Part shown: positions 25,871-34,253 of the stretch, piece after piece | How positions within the stretch are numbered: position 1 is the first letter of the stretch | Layout of the letters: every line of letters starts with the position of its first letter | Source of the DNA: a virus | Taxonomy: Duplodnaviria; Caudoviricetes | Length of the DNA: 64,000 nucleotides | IMG/VR virus record: IMGVR_UViG_3300034161_000008 | Coordinates: 96,001 to 160,000 of that record | Reading direction: 5' to 3' (one strand) | Program-made: the position numbers and the translations under genes | Notes under the pieces: generated by a model | The model's input: only the letters and a program-made list of their open reading frames with translations | Database searches by the model: none | Told to the model about the DNA's origin: nothing

Positions 25871-26517
25871 TGCTTGCTCTCCGGCAAGTCAGCGCGTTTC
25901 GGCGGCTGAATGTCCTTCATGAAGCGAGCCTGTGCCAGCTCGCCCATCAGTTGTTGCATGACGCCCATGGCCAGACCGTCGGCAAACTTGTAGACGTACG
26001 GATGCAGGTCGTCAGGTTTGCCTTCACCCTGAGGCTTCTCAGTGAAGCCATGCATCATCGCCAGCTCTTTCACTTGCTCTTTAGGCAGAGTGATGCGAGG
26101 AGCGAACAGGCGTGGAACGGTAGTCGGATCAACCAGAACGTCACCAGCAGTGCCGTCGTTGGTGAAGTAGCCGAACAGACCTACGCACATCGCCTGTACG
26201 AACGCATCAGGGTCGATGTCGGTGTCGGTGCCACACTTGGTAGCGCAGCGAACTGCGTACTGTGCAGCTTGACGTACGGCCTTCTCGAAGATCGGGCGCA
26301 GTGGTGCAATCACACCCATACGCATCGGCATTGGAGGCTCACCCAAGCCATCGCCAGCCGAGTCAAACACCCAGTGATCTTTAGGCAGCGGAAAGCTACC
26401 GGTCTTTAAGTTTGGAGTTTCCATGTACGCGTTTCCCACTGATGAATACTGGAACGCCGAATTCAAAGTCTCCCCGCAGATTATGCTGGATGTGTACTTC
26501 GCGTTCGGCGGCTTCAT
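25867..26517 (-). CDS. Hypothetical protein (start uncertain, 26517 or 26424)
   Basis: 216 aa; C-terminal MHGFTEKPQGEGKPDDLHPYVYKFA. Confidence 0.7.
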   Translation of the reverse strand: MKPPNAKYTSSIICGETLNSAFQYSSVGNAYMETPNLKTGSFPLPKDHWVFDSAGDGLGEPPMPMRMGVIAPLRPIFEKAVRQAAQYAVRCATKCGTDTDIDPDAFVQAMCVGLFGYFTNDGTAGDVLVDPTTVPRLFAPRITLPKEQVKELAMMHGFTEKPQGEGKPDDLHPYVYKFADGLAMGVMQQLMGELAQARFMKDIQPPKRADLPESKQ

Positions 26518-26806
26518 TACGTCTGATCAAACCATGAGTTGCTGACGTAATTATTGTCGGAAAGTTTTTGTAGGCTAGCTGGAATCCCGTGCCTGCTGAC
26601 AAGGCTGCACGCTCGATCAAGTATTTGTGCCGGTGTGTGATCTCATCCCAATGCTTATCTAAAAGCTCACAAATCTCATCGTAGTAGGTATCGACCAGCA
26701 ACGACTCGTCCAGCTCGTAATAAGCGTACGATGCAGAAAGATACCAAGGCACCAGCATGTTGATGTTTTCAGCTATGGAGTTTCTTGCTGCAACCGTACA
26801 GTACAT
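26396..26806 (-). CDS. Stand-alone NAD-dependent DNA ligase domain Ia-like (Nlig-Ia) protein
   Basis: YLSASYAYYELDESLLVDTYYDEIC matches the ligase Ia motif (..Y.YY....P.ISD..YD.L); no adenylation KxDG. Confidence 0.75.
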   Translation of the reverse strand: MYCTVAARNSIAENINMLVPWYLSASYAYYELDESLLVDTYYDEICELLDKHWDEITHRHKYLIERAALSAGTGFQLAYKNFPTIITSATHGLIRRNEAAEREVHIQHNLRGDFEFGVPVFISGKRVHGNSKLKDR

Positions 26807-26808
26807 CG

Positions 26809-27162
26809 TTAACGCCTTTTGGTACGACCTAGATAACCGCCACGCTGCATGTGGGGGATCTTCTGTTCGTAGTGCTTCTTGGGCAACATCGAATCCCCGT
26901 CGTGGTCACCCTTGCCGAACAGCAACGATTCCGGCATGTTCTTGAAACTTTCGGCCATCATCCGAGCTTCATCCAAAGCATCTTCAGTAAGGTCATCTGG
27001 CGTCTGGAACATCAGTACGCGATCTTTCAAGCGAGGATCGAGTTCATGATCGTCTGTATAAAGGAAGCGAACACTGAAGTCACTCCCCTTCATGGCGTCG
27101 AGAGCAGCTTGCATCTCGGGCGTACAGTCTTTTGGGCGGCAAGCGACGAGGACATCTGTCAT
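26809..27162 (-). CDS. Hypothetical protein
   Basis: 117 aa. Confidence 0.7.
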   Translation of the reverse strand: MTDVLVACRPKDCTPEMQAALDAMKGSDFSVRFLYTDDHELDPRLKDRVLMFQTPDDLTEDALDEARMMAESFKNMPESLLFGKGDHDGDSMLPKKHYEQKIPHMQRGGYLGRTKRR

Positions 27163-27575
27163 TGTTCTGTTTCCTTTACGGGCTCCGCTGGAGTTGGGAT
27201 GTCTACGAAGAGGTTGCCTTCTGGACCGACGCTGAGCGGGATACGCGGCGTGATGGCTTTAACGGGCTGCACTTCAACGTAGAAGATGCCTTCGCCGTCC
27301 GGCAATGGGTGAACTGGCAGTTCCAACATCGAAACGTTCAGGTCACCAGCATTGATCTTCTTGAGCAGGTCGCCCGTTGGGTACACCAGCTTGATGTCGC
27401 GAGCGATCTCTTGCAGGTCGTGACGAGCCGACTTGCTGCAAGGACCTTGACGACCCTTGATAACAAAGATCAACATCGAGCTGTCACGCTGCTGTGCTTT
27501 GAGCAGGCGGTGGCAGGCCACAACAAAGTCACTGGTGCTGCGTTCAAACTGAATGCGATAGATACCGACTAGCAT
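27159..27575 (-). CDS. Hypothetical protein
   Basis: 138 aa, AAGGAG RBS. Confidence 0.7.
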   Translation of the reverse strand: MLVGIYRIQFERSTSDFVVACHRLLKAQQRDSSMLIFVIKGRQGPCSKSARHDLQEIARDIKLVYPTGDLLKKINAGDLNVSMLELPVHPLPDGEGIFYVEVQPVKAITPRIPLSVGPEGNLFVDIPTPAEPVKETEQ

Positions 27576-27604
27576 TGAAAACTCCTTGTGTGATATTCAA
27601 GTTG

Positions 27605-27615
27605 GTAATAAGTAA
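27605..27615 (-). promoter_or_regulatory. Putative phage promoter motif TTACTTATTAC
   Basis: Identical to 11368-11378. Confidence 0.5.
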
Positions 27616-27622
27616 CTCAAAC

Positions 27623-28045
27623 CTACTTGGTTGGGTTTACCAAGCGAACTTGAATCATGCCGCGCCACGTAGGCGAATCAGCCTTGGCTACGACATTCAC
27701 TACTCGAACCTGTTCTGGCTGAAGATTGGGCAGGTACAGCTTTACGAAGTCGTCTTTGTTCAAACGCACGGGATCGATAACGATTTCAAGCATTCGGTAG
27801 AACAATTCCAGACTGGGACGCCCGCGGACTTCAATAGTCAGATAACCGTCGATGATGCGACTACCGAACAGATCTGGCAGAGCTATTCGTTTCCAGTAAA
27901 CGGGGTAGGGTTCACCACCTTCTACCGTAACGAGTGCTTCTGCATCAAAACCCAGACGCATTTGTTCGATGTTCTGAACGTTGCGAACCTTGCCCATGGT
28001 GCTGTTTGGGACCTTGATAATCGACATAACAAATTCCTGAGACAA
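27623..28045 (-). CDS. Orphan paralog of the tail-array N-terminal domain
   Basis: YWKRIALPDL...LNKDDF...VNVVAKADSPTWRGMI parallels YRRLPLSDL...FTADDI...VTLTAKANSLGWIGTV (59140). Confidence 0.65.
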   Translation of the reverse strand: MSQEFVMSIIKVPNSTMGKVRNVQNIEQMRLGFDAEALVTVEGGEPYPVYWKRIALPDLFGSRIIDGYLTIEVRGRPSLELFYRMLEIVIDPVRLNKDDFVKLYLPNLQPEQVRVVNVVAKADSPTWRGMIQVRLVNPTK

Positions 28046-28080
28046 AAAAAAAAGAGGGTCCGAAGACCCTCTCTATGCCG
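28044..28080. terminator. UUCG terminator (minus) with CTATGCCG on the plus side
   Basis: A10-AGAGGGTC-CGAA-GACCCTCT-CTATGCCG. Confidence 0.85.
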
Positions 28081-28089
28081 TTGTGGCAA

Positions 28090-29691
28090 TTACTCCATGC
28101 GGTCGATCACGTAGTCGGCACGGCCGAGTTCAGTGGTCACGCGCAGAGTGAGGGAGATGTTACCCAGCGCAAGACCTGCCGCCGAACCTTCTTCCAGACC
28201 TTGCATCAGGTTGTCGTTGGAGTAAGTCTCTACCACACGACGCGCTTCACGCAGATCGCCACGCAGCAGCTCAGGGAACAGGCACGAAGCCGGTTTGAGC
28301 ATGTCTTTGCAGCCCTTGAGGATAACCGCCACACCGGAGTAAACCGCCGAACGCTCACCACCAGTCCAGACCGCAGGGAGGCCAGAGATAGCAGTCACCT
28401 CGGTCCAGGTGTTGGCTTGCAGGTTCAAACCGTGAGCAGGAGTACCGCCGTTCACGTGGTTGTACCAGGACAGTGGGTTGCGATCAGCTTCGGTGTCGTA
28501 CCAGAACAGCGGCTTGGCATCTTCTGCCAGCGCAGTTACGAAGTTCACGAACGGCAGACGGCCCGACGGAACGTACGCTTCGATCGACAAAGCCTGAGGC
28601 AGAACTTTCTGGGCAAACTTCTCGTAGGTGATCGCAACTGCCGGAGCAACGTGCGAGCGCATCGCCGGAGTAGCTGCGGCTTCTTTGGTCTTGATGCTGC
28701 CAAACAACGGTTTCTCTTCGACCGGAACTTCCACAGCAGTCGGTTTCCACAACGCACGAATTTCTTCGAGGCGTGCAGCACGACGACCCAGGTCTTTTTC
28801 CGACAGGCCCAGCTCAGCGAAGATCTTCTGCGCTACGGCGACGTTACCCGCAGTAGGTGCAGCGACAACGCGCTGGTAGGTTTCAGGAGCAGTCAGCTTG
28901 TTGAAGCGACCAACGACCGAATCGGTGTGCATGCCAGCCTTGATGTCTTCCATCAGGTTGCCGACGACGGTGTTGGCGATCTTGACCCAGGCTTCGGATT
29001 CAACGTTCGCCACTTCGAGGAACAGGGCGTTACGCTTGGCGCGGGAGGTGAGTTTGGCTTGACGCTGCGCCACACCCAGCAGCCACATGATCATCGGCTT
29101 GTAGCCTTCGGAACGGTTCAGACGATCGGTGGAGAACAGGTTCGCAGCTTCACGAATCACATCCACGCCGAATGCCAGTGCCTTTTCCAGCAGCTCGAAA
29201 CCTTCACGAGACTTGCCAGCGAAGGAACCGACAGCGTCAATTGGAACCAGCGAGGTGCACGCCAACGAAGGGGTGACTTCGAAGTGAGTCCAGCCGTTGG
29301 TTTCGCCACGACCCCAGGTGTTGTTTTCGGTGAAGAAGCGACCCTTCACGCCAGCCTTGCCCACTTCTTCTTCGAGAGCCTTGATGGACGCGCGGTATTC
29401 TTCAGGAGCGCCGGTGTGGTCCCACAGTGCAGGAATGGTGGTGCCGTCAGGTTGCACGAATACGGCATGGCCGTAGTTGCGGATAAAGTCACGGCAGCAG
29501 TTGCAGTTGTGGTGCTGTTGTTCAGCTTCCGGGAAAGCGGTCACGTAGATGCTGGACAGGCCATTCGACTTGGTGGCGAACAAGTGAGGACCGAAAGCAC
29601 CCATGCGGGTTGCGAATGTTGCGCGAACTTGGTCAGCCAGCTCTTCGTAGAAAGAACCGGATTTCGATACAGACTCAATACCTTCTTGCAT
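28090..29691 (-). CDS. Conserved phage protein with HHNCNCC putative metal-binding motif
   Basis: 533 aa; strong MCP-like codon bias; own terminator. Confidence 0.85.
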   Translation of the reverse strand: MQEGIESVSKSGSFYEELADQVRATFATRMGAFGPHLFATKSNGLSSIYVTAFPEAEQQHHNCNCCRDFIRNYGHAVFVQPDGTTIPALWDHTGAPEEYRASIKALEEEVGKAGVKGRFFTENNTWGRGETNGWTHFEVTPSLACTSLVPIDAVGSFAGKSREGFELLEKALAFGVDVIREAANLFSTDRLNRSEGYKPMIMWLLGVAQRQAKLTSRAKRNALFLEVANVESEAWVKIANTVVGNLMEDIKAGMHTDSVVGRFNKLTAPETYQRVVAAPTAGNVAVAQKIFAELGLSEKDLGRRAARLEEIRALWKPTAVEVPVEEKPLFGSIKTKEAAATPAMRSHVAPAVAITYEKFAQKVLPQALSIEAYVPSGRLPFVNFVTALAEDAKPLFWYDTEADRNPLSWYNHVNGGTPAHGLNLQANTWTEVTAISGLPAVWTGGERSAVYSGVAVILKGCKDMLKPASCLFPELLRGDLREARRVVETYSNDNLMQGLEEGSAAGLALGNISLTLRVTTELGRADYVIDRME

Positions 29692-29748
29692 TGGGTAAAT
29701 CCTTCTTAATGGCTAGTTAGTAGCTCTTCAGTTAATACGCTGGAGCTA

Positions 29749-30429
29749 TTATTTTTTACGGATTGTTACGTTCATTCGAGTACGGCGGTAAGTGTTGAAG
29801 ACCACCGAATACCGTAACGCTGTTTTATCCTGCAACATTGAGATCGGGGAAATCCCGTTCATTGTAATCAGGATATCTTGCAACACGAGGATCAGAAACG
29901 GGTCAACCTTGATCCACAATGGCGGAGCGACATCAATGACAGGCACCTTGCCTATCTTTGGAATCTCTCCCTTTGGTACGTCACCGTGACCAATGAAGTC
30001 GTACTGCACCTTGTGGCCGGTATCGTACGTCACTGTAAGGATTGCCCCCGGCTCGTCCTCATCGCGCACGGCGAAGTACGAGATCTCAGATGAGAGTGTC
30101 TTTGCTCGTGCGTTCGCTGGTTGCTTGGTCAGGATTTCCAGAAACGTACTGTAAAGAGGGTGGTTCCCAATAGCCTTCTTTACATCCTCAAAGATCTGCG
30201 GATGTTGAACAACAACAGGTCCACCCATGAAACTACTGAGCTGATCCTGAAGAAGTTGCTTGGCACTCTCAGGCATCTCCCCAAAGGCACCTGGAGCTTT
30301 GGAACTGATAGAAGCGCCGGACGGCAATACCGTACGATCTTTATCAGGGTTGTACGTGTACTCCTTACCCTTTCGCCAGTTACGCTTTGGGTCAGGACGC
30401 TTGAACTCGAGCACGACGCCCATCTTCAA
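29749..30429 (-). CDS. Hypothetical protein
   Basis: 226 aa. Confidence 0.7.
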   Translation of the reverse strand: MKMGVVLEFKRPDPKRNWRKGKEYTYNPDKDRTVLPSGASISSKAPGAFGEMPESAKQLLQDQLSSFMGGPVVVQHPQIFEDVKKAIGNHPLYSTFLEILTKQPANARAKTLSSEISYFAVRDEDEPGAILTVTYDTGHKVQYDFIGHGDVPKGEIPKIGKVPVIDVAPPLWIKVDPFLILVLQDILITMNGISPISMLQDKTALRYSVVFNTYRRTRMNVTIRKK

Positions 30430-30868
30430 TCTCCTTAGTCAGTAGTCTGAGGTCATACAGACGAATGGTTCCACCAGTCGCCGTATCTCGATTAATTGCA
30501 ATCTTTACTGATTCCTCAGCCGAGGCACCAAAATCCATAGCGCCGAAGGCAAACTGCGCACCACTACCAATGGCGTACGGATGCTCCAGCATCAGCGGGG
30601 TCTTCCAGAACCCAGTGTCTGGATCTACCGCCACAAACCAAAGCAGGCCATCACAAAGCACAATCGCCGAGGCATTTACGTCACCTTTGCCTTTGCTTTT
30701 GAACCACATGTCCTCAAGCAACGGATAGTCACTAACGGAGCCAGCAAACCAGAAATGGACTTCGTCTTGCAGCTTGTGCTTGTCGAAGTCCAGATAGGTG
30801 ATGATGTCTGCCGAGGTAATCTGGGAATCAGCCGCAATGATCCCGTCTTTGTAGGCAATGAGAGTCAT
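30392..30868 (-). CDS. Ntn-hydrolase / HslV-proteasome beta-like peptidase
   Basis: M-T-LIAY...IAADSQIT (Thr1 nucleophile), FAGS, AIGSGAQFAFGAM, D..TGG. Confidence 0.85.
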   Translation of the reverse strand: MTLIAYKDGIIAADSQITSADIITYLDFDKHKLQDEVHFWFAGSVSDYPLLEDMWFKSKGKGDVNASAIVLCDGLLWFVAVDPDTGFWKTPLMLEHPYAIGSGAQFAFGAMDFGASAEESVKIAINRDTATGGTIRLYDLRLLTKEIEDGRRARVQAS

Positions 30869-30871
30869 CTC

Positions 30872-31303
30872 TTATTCCTTAGGAAATTGTACTTCACGAT
30901 AGCGACGATCATCCAAGTCCGGGATGAACTCACCTTTACCTAGACAAATAGACGGGTGTCCAGTAATGCTGGAGATCCAGCAAATATCAGGAACCCAACG
31001 CTTACTGGCCAGATCAACAAACGAAAGGTTTGCACCCTTCTTGACCAGACGCGTAATGTATTCGTCCTTACAGAACAACGCCGGATAGACGAGGGTGAAT
31101 TCCATCTCCTCATTTTCCAGCGTTTGGATTACGTCACGGTTGATGTACCCGAACACGGTGAAGCCAGCGTCCTGCTGCTTCTGGATCTCGTGTACGTCAA
31201 TTGGGTAGTCGCGCGATTCGATAGCCTTACCACCGGCGTCATTGATTCGCTTAACCAGAGTCGTTACGCCCACGCCCCAGAACCCAAGTACCAACTGTGT
31301 CAT
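30872..31303 (-). CDS. Phage P-loop NMP-kinase-like protein with degenerate Walker A
   Basis: VLGFWGVGVTT (Lys replaced by Val), LVYP...KDEYITRLVKKG. Confidence 0.65.
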   Translation of the reverse strand: MTQLVLGFWGVGVTTLVKRINDAGGKAIESRDYPIDVHEIQKQQDAGFTVFGYINRDVIQTLENEEMEFTLVYPALFCKDEYITRLVKKGANLSFVDLASKRWVPDICWISSITGHPSICLGKGEFIPDLDDRRYREVQFPKE

Positions 31304-31752
31304 GCTTTGCTCCCTGTTACGGCTTTCATTGTTTCGCGACGTTGTTTTGCGGTGAGGTCTGACAACAACTTAGGGTCGACCTTCATCTTGAGTACAGTAG
31401 CTCCGGTTGGGGATTTACCCGTACCTGCTTCTGTAGCGCCCAACTGCGTGGTCCAGAACTGAACCTCTGCGGCTACGGCGTTGTGGAATCGCAACAACCA
31501 CGCATCACTGATCGGACGGGTGTTGTGATTGCGGCGTTGGATGATGACGATGAAGAAATCATCCGAGTGGATCAGGTCGTCATTGCAACGAAACAGACGA
31601 CCTTTGAACAGATCGTTTACGTGGAACGGATATTCTTGAACCATCCCGTTAGCAGGACGGCCTTCGAACTCAGCGATGGAGTTGAGGTAGGTTTGCAGGT
31701 TTGCAACACTAGGCTCCTCCAGTTCATCGTACACAGCGAATGTTACAGCCAT
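31300..31752 (-). CDS. Hypothetical protein
   Basis: 150 aa from the RBS-supported Met (MAVTFAV). Confidence 0.7.
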   Translation of the reverse strand: MAVTFAVYDELEEPSVANLQTYLNSIAEFEGRPANGMVQEYPFHVNDLFKGRLFRCNDDLIHSDDFFIVIIQRRNHNTRPISDAWLLRFHNAVAAEVQFWTTQLGATEAGTGKSPTGATVLKMKVDPKLLSDLTAKQRRETMKAVTGSKA

Positions 31753-31762
31753 CTTTGAACCC

Positions 31763-32071
31763 TCAGTGAATGACAGGCCAGACCAACGAGAACCACTTTT
31801 CGTCAGCCGGGGTCTTGAGTATGGAACCGTCATCAAGTTGGAATGTGATACCAATCGAGCGGTAAAGATCGATCAGCGCATTGGGTGCAGCAACGCCCCA
31901 CTGCTCCCCGTATTTCAATTCGTTGTGCAGCCCTTTTGTAACGGTGACAAAGTGAGGGATCAAAGACTGTAGAAAGTCATGTCCTTTATCCATCTCTTCC
32001 AGCAAGCCCTGTCGGTCAAAGAAAGGGGAATCCGTACCGTCGAATTTCAAACGACTCAATCGGCGTTGCAT
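31763..32071 (-). CDS. Hypothetical protein
   Basis: 102 aa, AAGGAAG RBS. Confidence 0.7.
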   Translation of the reverse strand: MQRRLSRLKFDGTDSPFFDRQGLLEEMDKGHDFLQSLIPHFVTVTKGLHNELKYGEQWGVAAPNALIDLYRSIGITFQLDDGSILKTPADEKWFSLVWPVIH

Positions 32072-32108
32072 TGTGCTTCCTTACTTTGGAGTATATACAA
32101 AATCAGTT

Positions 32109-32157
32109 GACGGCATAAAAAGCTGCCCAGGGACCGAAGTCCCCAGACAGCGCAGCT
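32109..32157 (-). terminator. UUCG terminator followed by TTTTTATGCCGTC
   Basis: AGCTGC..GGGGAC-TTCG-GTCCCTG..GCAGCT-TTTTATGCCGTC. Confidence 0.8.
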
Positions 32158-32314
32158 AGATCCTGCCTAACAAGACAAGTACCAGCAGTACCACGACGAT
32201 CACGCCAATGATACCTGATGGACCGTAGCCCCATGAGCGACTATGTCCCCACGTTGGGAAAGCCCCAAATAGGAGGAGGACCAGTACAATCAGAACGATC
32301 GTGCTTACAGTCAT
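32156..32314 (-). CDS. DUF3309-family small membrane protein (host-like)
   Basis: MTVSTIVLIVLVLLLFGAFPTWGHSRSWGYGPSGIIGV...LLGRI; 52 aa; GAGG RBS. Confidence 0.9.
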   Translation of the reverse strand: MTVSTIVLIVLVLLLFGAFPTWGHSRSWGYGPSGIIGVIVVVLLVLVLLGRI

Positions 32315-32366
32315 GGTTCGTACCTCTTGATTAAGAAAGGTGCAACACTGCACAGTATAACCTTTC

Positions 32367-32738
32367 TTAAGCCTTACGAGGTCCCCAGCTGATGCGCTCT
32401 ACGCCCAAGTCTTTCAGGTAGAGTACATTGTTGTCATCGGAAATCCCGACATTGAACCCCACCTTGGAGAAGGTCTCGATGTCCTTACGGATGCCATCGA
32501 AATCTTTCTTGCTGAACTTCTCAAGTATCCCGCCCATCAAGCGTTGGGATTCAAAGAGCAGCTCGGGGTTCATTAGAGCCCCAGGTTTGCGTGCCTTGTC
32601 TTTAGCGATAAGGTCGTTAACCAAAGCGATCGCCCCGAAGAAAGCACCGTCCTCGCCGTACTTCTGACGATCGATTACGTTCTGAACGCTTTCGCCTGGG
32701 CGAGCCAATACACCATCTACCGAATGGACTGTACGCAC
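32367..32738 (-). CDS. Hypothetical protein
   Basis: GTG start directly after the thyA stop; 123 aa. Confidence 0.65.
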   Translation of the reverse strand: MRTVHSVDGVLARPGESVQNVIDRQKYGEDGAFFGAIALVNDLIAKDKARKPGALMNPELLFESQRLMGGILEKFSKKDFDGIRKDIETFSKVGFNVGISDDNNVLYLKDLGVERISWGPRKA

Positions 32739-32739
32739 A

Positions 32740-33717
32740 TTACACCGCCATTGGAGCTGTGATGGGTTCGTGATGCTCGTAGCCTTCCAGCTCGAAGTCA
32801 GTTGGGCGCAGATGATCAATCCACACCAACGCTTCCACCAACGTCTCGCACTTCGGAATACGAGGATTGATCACCAACTTCGGAGAGGCAAGAGGTTGGC
32901 GTTCCAGAATGGTGTTGACCATCTCGATGTGGTTCTCGTAGATGTGCGCATCACCGATCTGGATGGTGAGGATCTTCGCCGTGTAGCCCGTCAGACGGCT
33001 GATCAGCGACAACAGCACCGCAGCCTCAGACACGTTGAACGGAGCACCCAGACCCAGATCGTTGGAACGAATGTACAAAGTCATGGACAATGTACGGGTG
33101 GTTGGGTTTGGATGGAACTGGTACAGCAGGTGACATGGCGGCAATGCCATCTCGTCCAGCTCGGCAGGGTTCCAGGCGTGGAAGATGATGCGGCGATCTT
33201 GCGGCGTGAAGAGGATCTTTTCGATCACGTCTGCAATCTGATCGATCTTTTTGTGGTACAGGTACTCTGAATTAACAACCACCAGAGTGGCATCCGAGGT
33301 CTCGGTAGCTTCCCAGCCACCTGCCTCCAGCTTATCTTGCACTGCGATATTGAACATATCAACAGATTTATAAGCCTGCCAATCGCGCCACTGAACGCCA
33401 TACACGCGACCCAGGTGATCTTCGCCTTCGCGGAAAGGATTAGCCAGCCACTGTTGGTTTTCGTTAGCGTTCTGGTCCCAGACTTTGCAGCCCAACTCAC
33501 GGAACTGCTTGGCGCTGTCGCTGGCTTGCAGGAAGCCAATCAGCTCACCTACGGAGGACTTGAATGCCAACTTGCGCACAGTGACCGCAGGGAAGCCTTC
33601 AGTCAGGTCGTAGCGCATCTGCGCACCCGGATACGACAGGGTACGCACGCCAGTACGGTTTTCTTGCCACTCACCGTTTTCCAATACGAGTCGCAGCAAA
33701 TCAAGATACTGTTTCAT
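32740..33717 (-). CDS. thyA: Thymidylate synthase
   Basis: NRTG, DRRIIFHAWNP...MALPPCH, YIRSNDLGLGAPFN, DAHIYENH. Confidence 0.97.
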   Translation of the reverse strand: MKQYLDLLRLVLENGEWQENRTGVRTLSYPGAQMRYDLTEGFPAVTVRKLAFKSSVGELIGFLQASDSAKQFRELGCKVWDQNANENQQWLANPFREGEDHLGRVYGVQWRDWQAYKSVDMFNIAVQDKLEAGGWEATETSDATLVVVNSEYLYHKKIDQIADVIEKILFTPQDRRIIFHAWNPAELDEMALPPCHLLYQFHPNPTTRTLSMTLYIRSNDLGLGAPFNVSEAAVLLSLISRLTGYTAKILTIQIGDAHIYENHIEMVNTILERQPLASPKLVINPRIPKCETLVEALVWIDHLRPTDFELEGYEHHEPITAPMAV

Positions 33718-34253
33718 TCTTCTTCCTTATCACTGGGCATTACTACCCGATCACGAATTTGTTTATTGGAGAAAAGCTGCCGGAACTCGGGGCTGTTTAA
33801 GTCCCCTCCTTCCAGCATAGCTTTCGATGAGAGCATGTGGTTACCAACCAGCCACTGATCTGTACCTTCTGGGGGCGTGGGTAGCAGCCACTTCTCCATG
33901 ATCTTCTTGATCTCAGGCTTAGGCTCAAACACAAAACCACCATCGAAATTAATGATGGTTGTCCCGTCCTTAACCTGCTCCTCGATCGCACCCATCACTT
34001 GACACGAGATAGGATAGAGACCGCTCACCGAGTAGAGACCTTCCACACCCGTGTCTTTATCGACAGCACGAATCAACACAGGTTCTTCTGGTTCAGGGTT
34101 CAGGATCGGACCACCCCAGCGCTTCAGGAACTCGGAGATGGGTGAGTTGTAGGTTTCCGTAAAGGTTACCACTAACTTCATCCATCGTGGCATGGAGCGC
34201 CGCAAGCGACGCCCCTTCCGGTTGTAGCCCCAGTAGTGCTTAACCTTTCTCAT
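33714..34253 (-). CDS. Hypothetical protein
   Basis: 179 aa. Confidence 0.7.
   Translation of the reverse strand: MRKVKHYWGYNRKGRRLRRSMPRWMKLVVTFTETYNSPISEFLKRWGGPILNPEPEEPVLIRAVDKDTGVEGLYSVSGLYPISCQVMGAIEEQVKDGTTIINFDGGFVFEPKPEIKKIMEKWLLPTPPEGTDQWLVGNHMLSSKAMLEGGDLNSPEFRQLFSNKQIRDRVVMPSDKEEE

Noticed and set aside
23921-25909. 662-aa plus-strand ORF
   Set aside because: Antisense to three real minus-strand genes (TAXI and neighbours); shadow frame
26396-26517. 120-nt overlap between two ORFs as a possible programmed frameshift
   Set aside because: More simply explained by a downstream start (Met at 26424) and a non-conserved tail; no clear slippery site with a stimulatory structure
28075-29709. 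544-aa plus-strand ORF
   Set aside because: Exact antisense of the codon-biased 533-aa gene
8462-33717. Introns or inteins in RNAP, dnaB or thyA (common sites in jumbo phages)
   Set aside because: All three ORFs are continuous, near the expected size, with no LAGLIDADG, HNH or intein motifs
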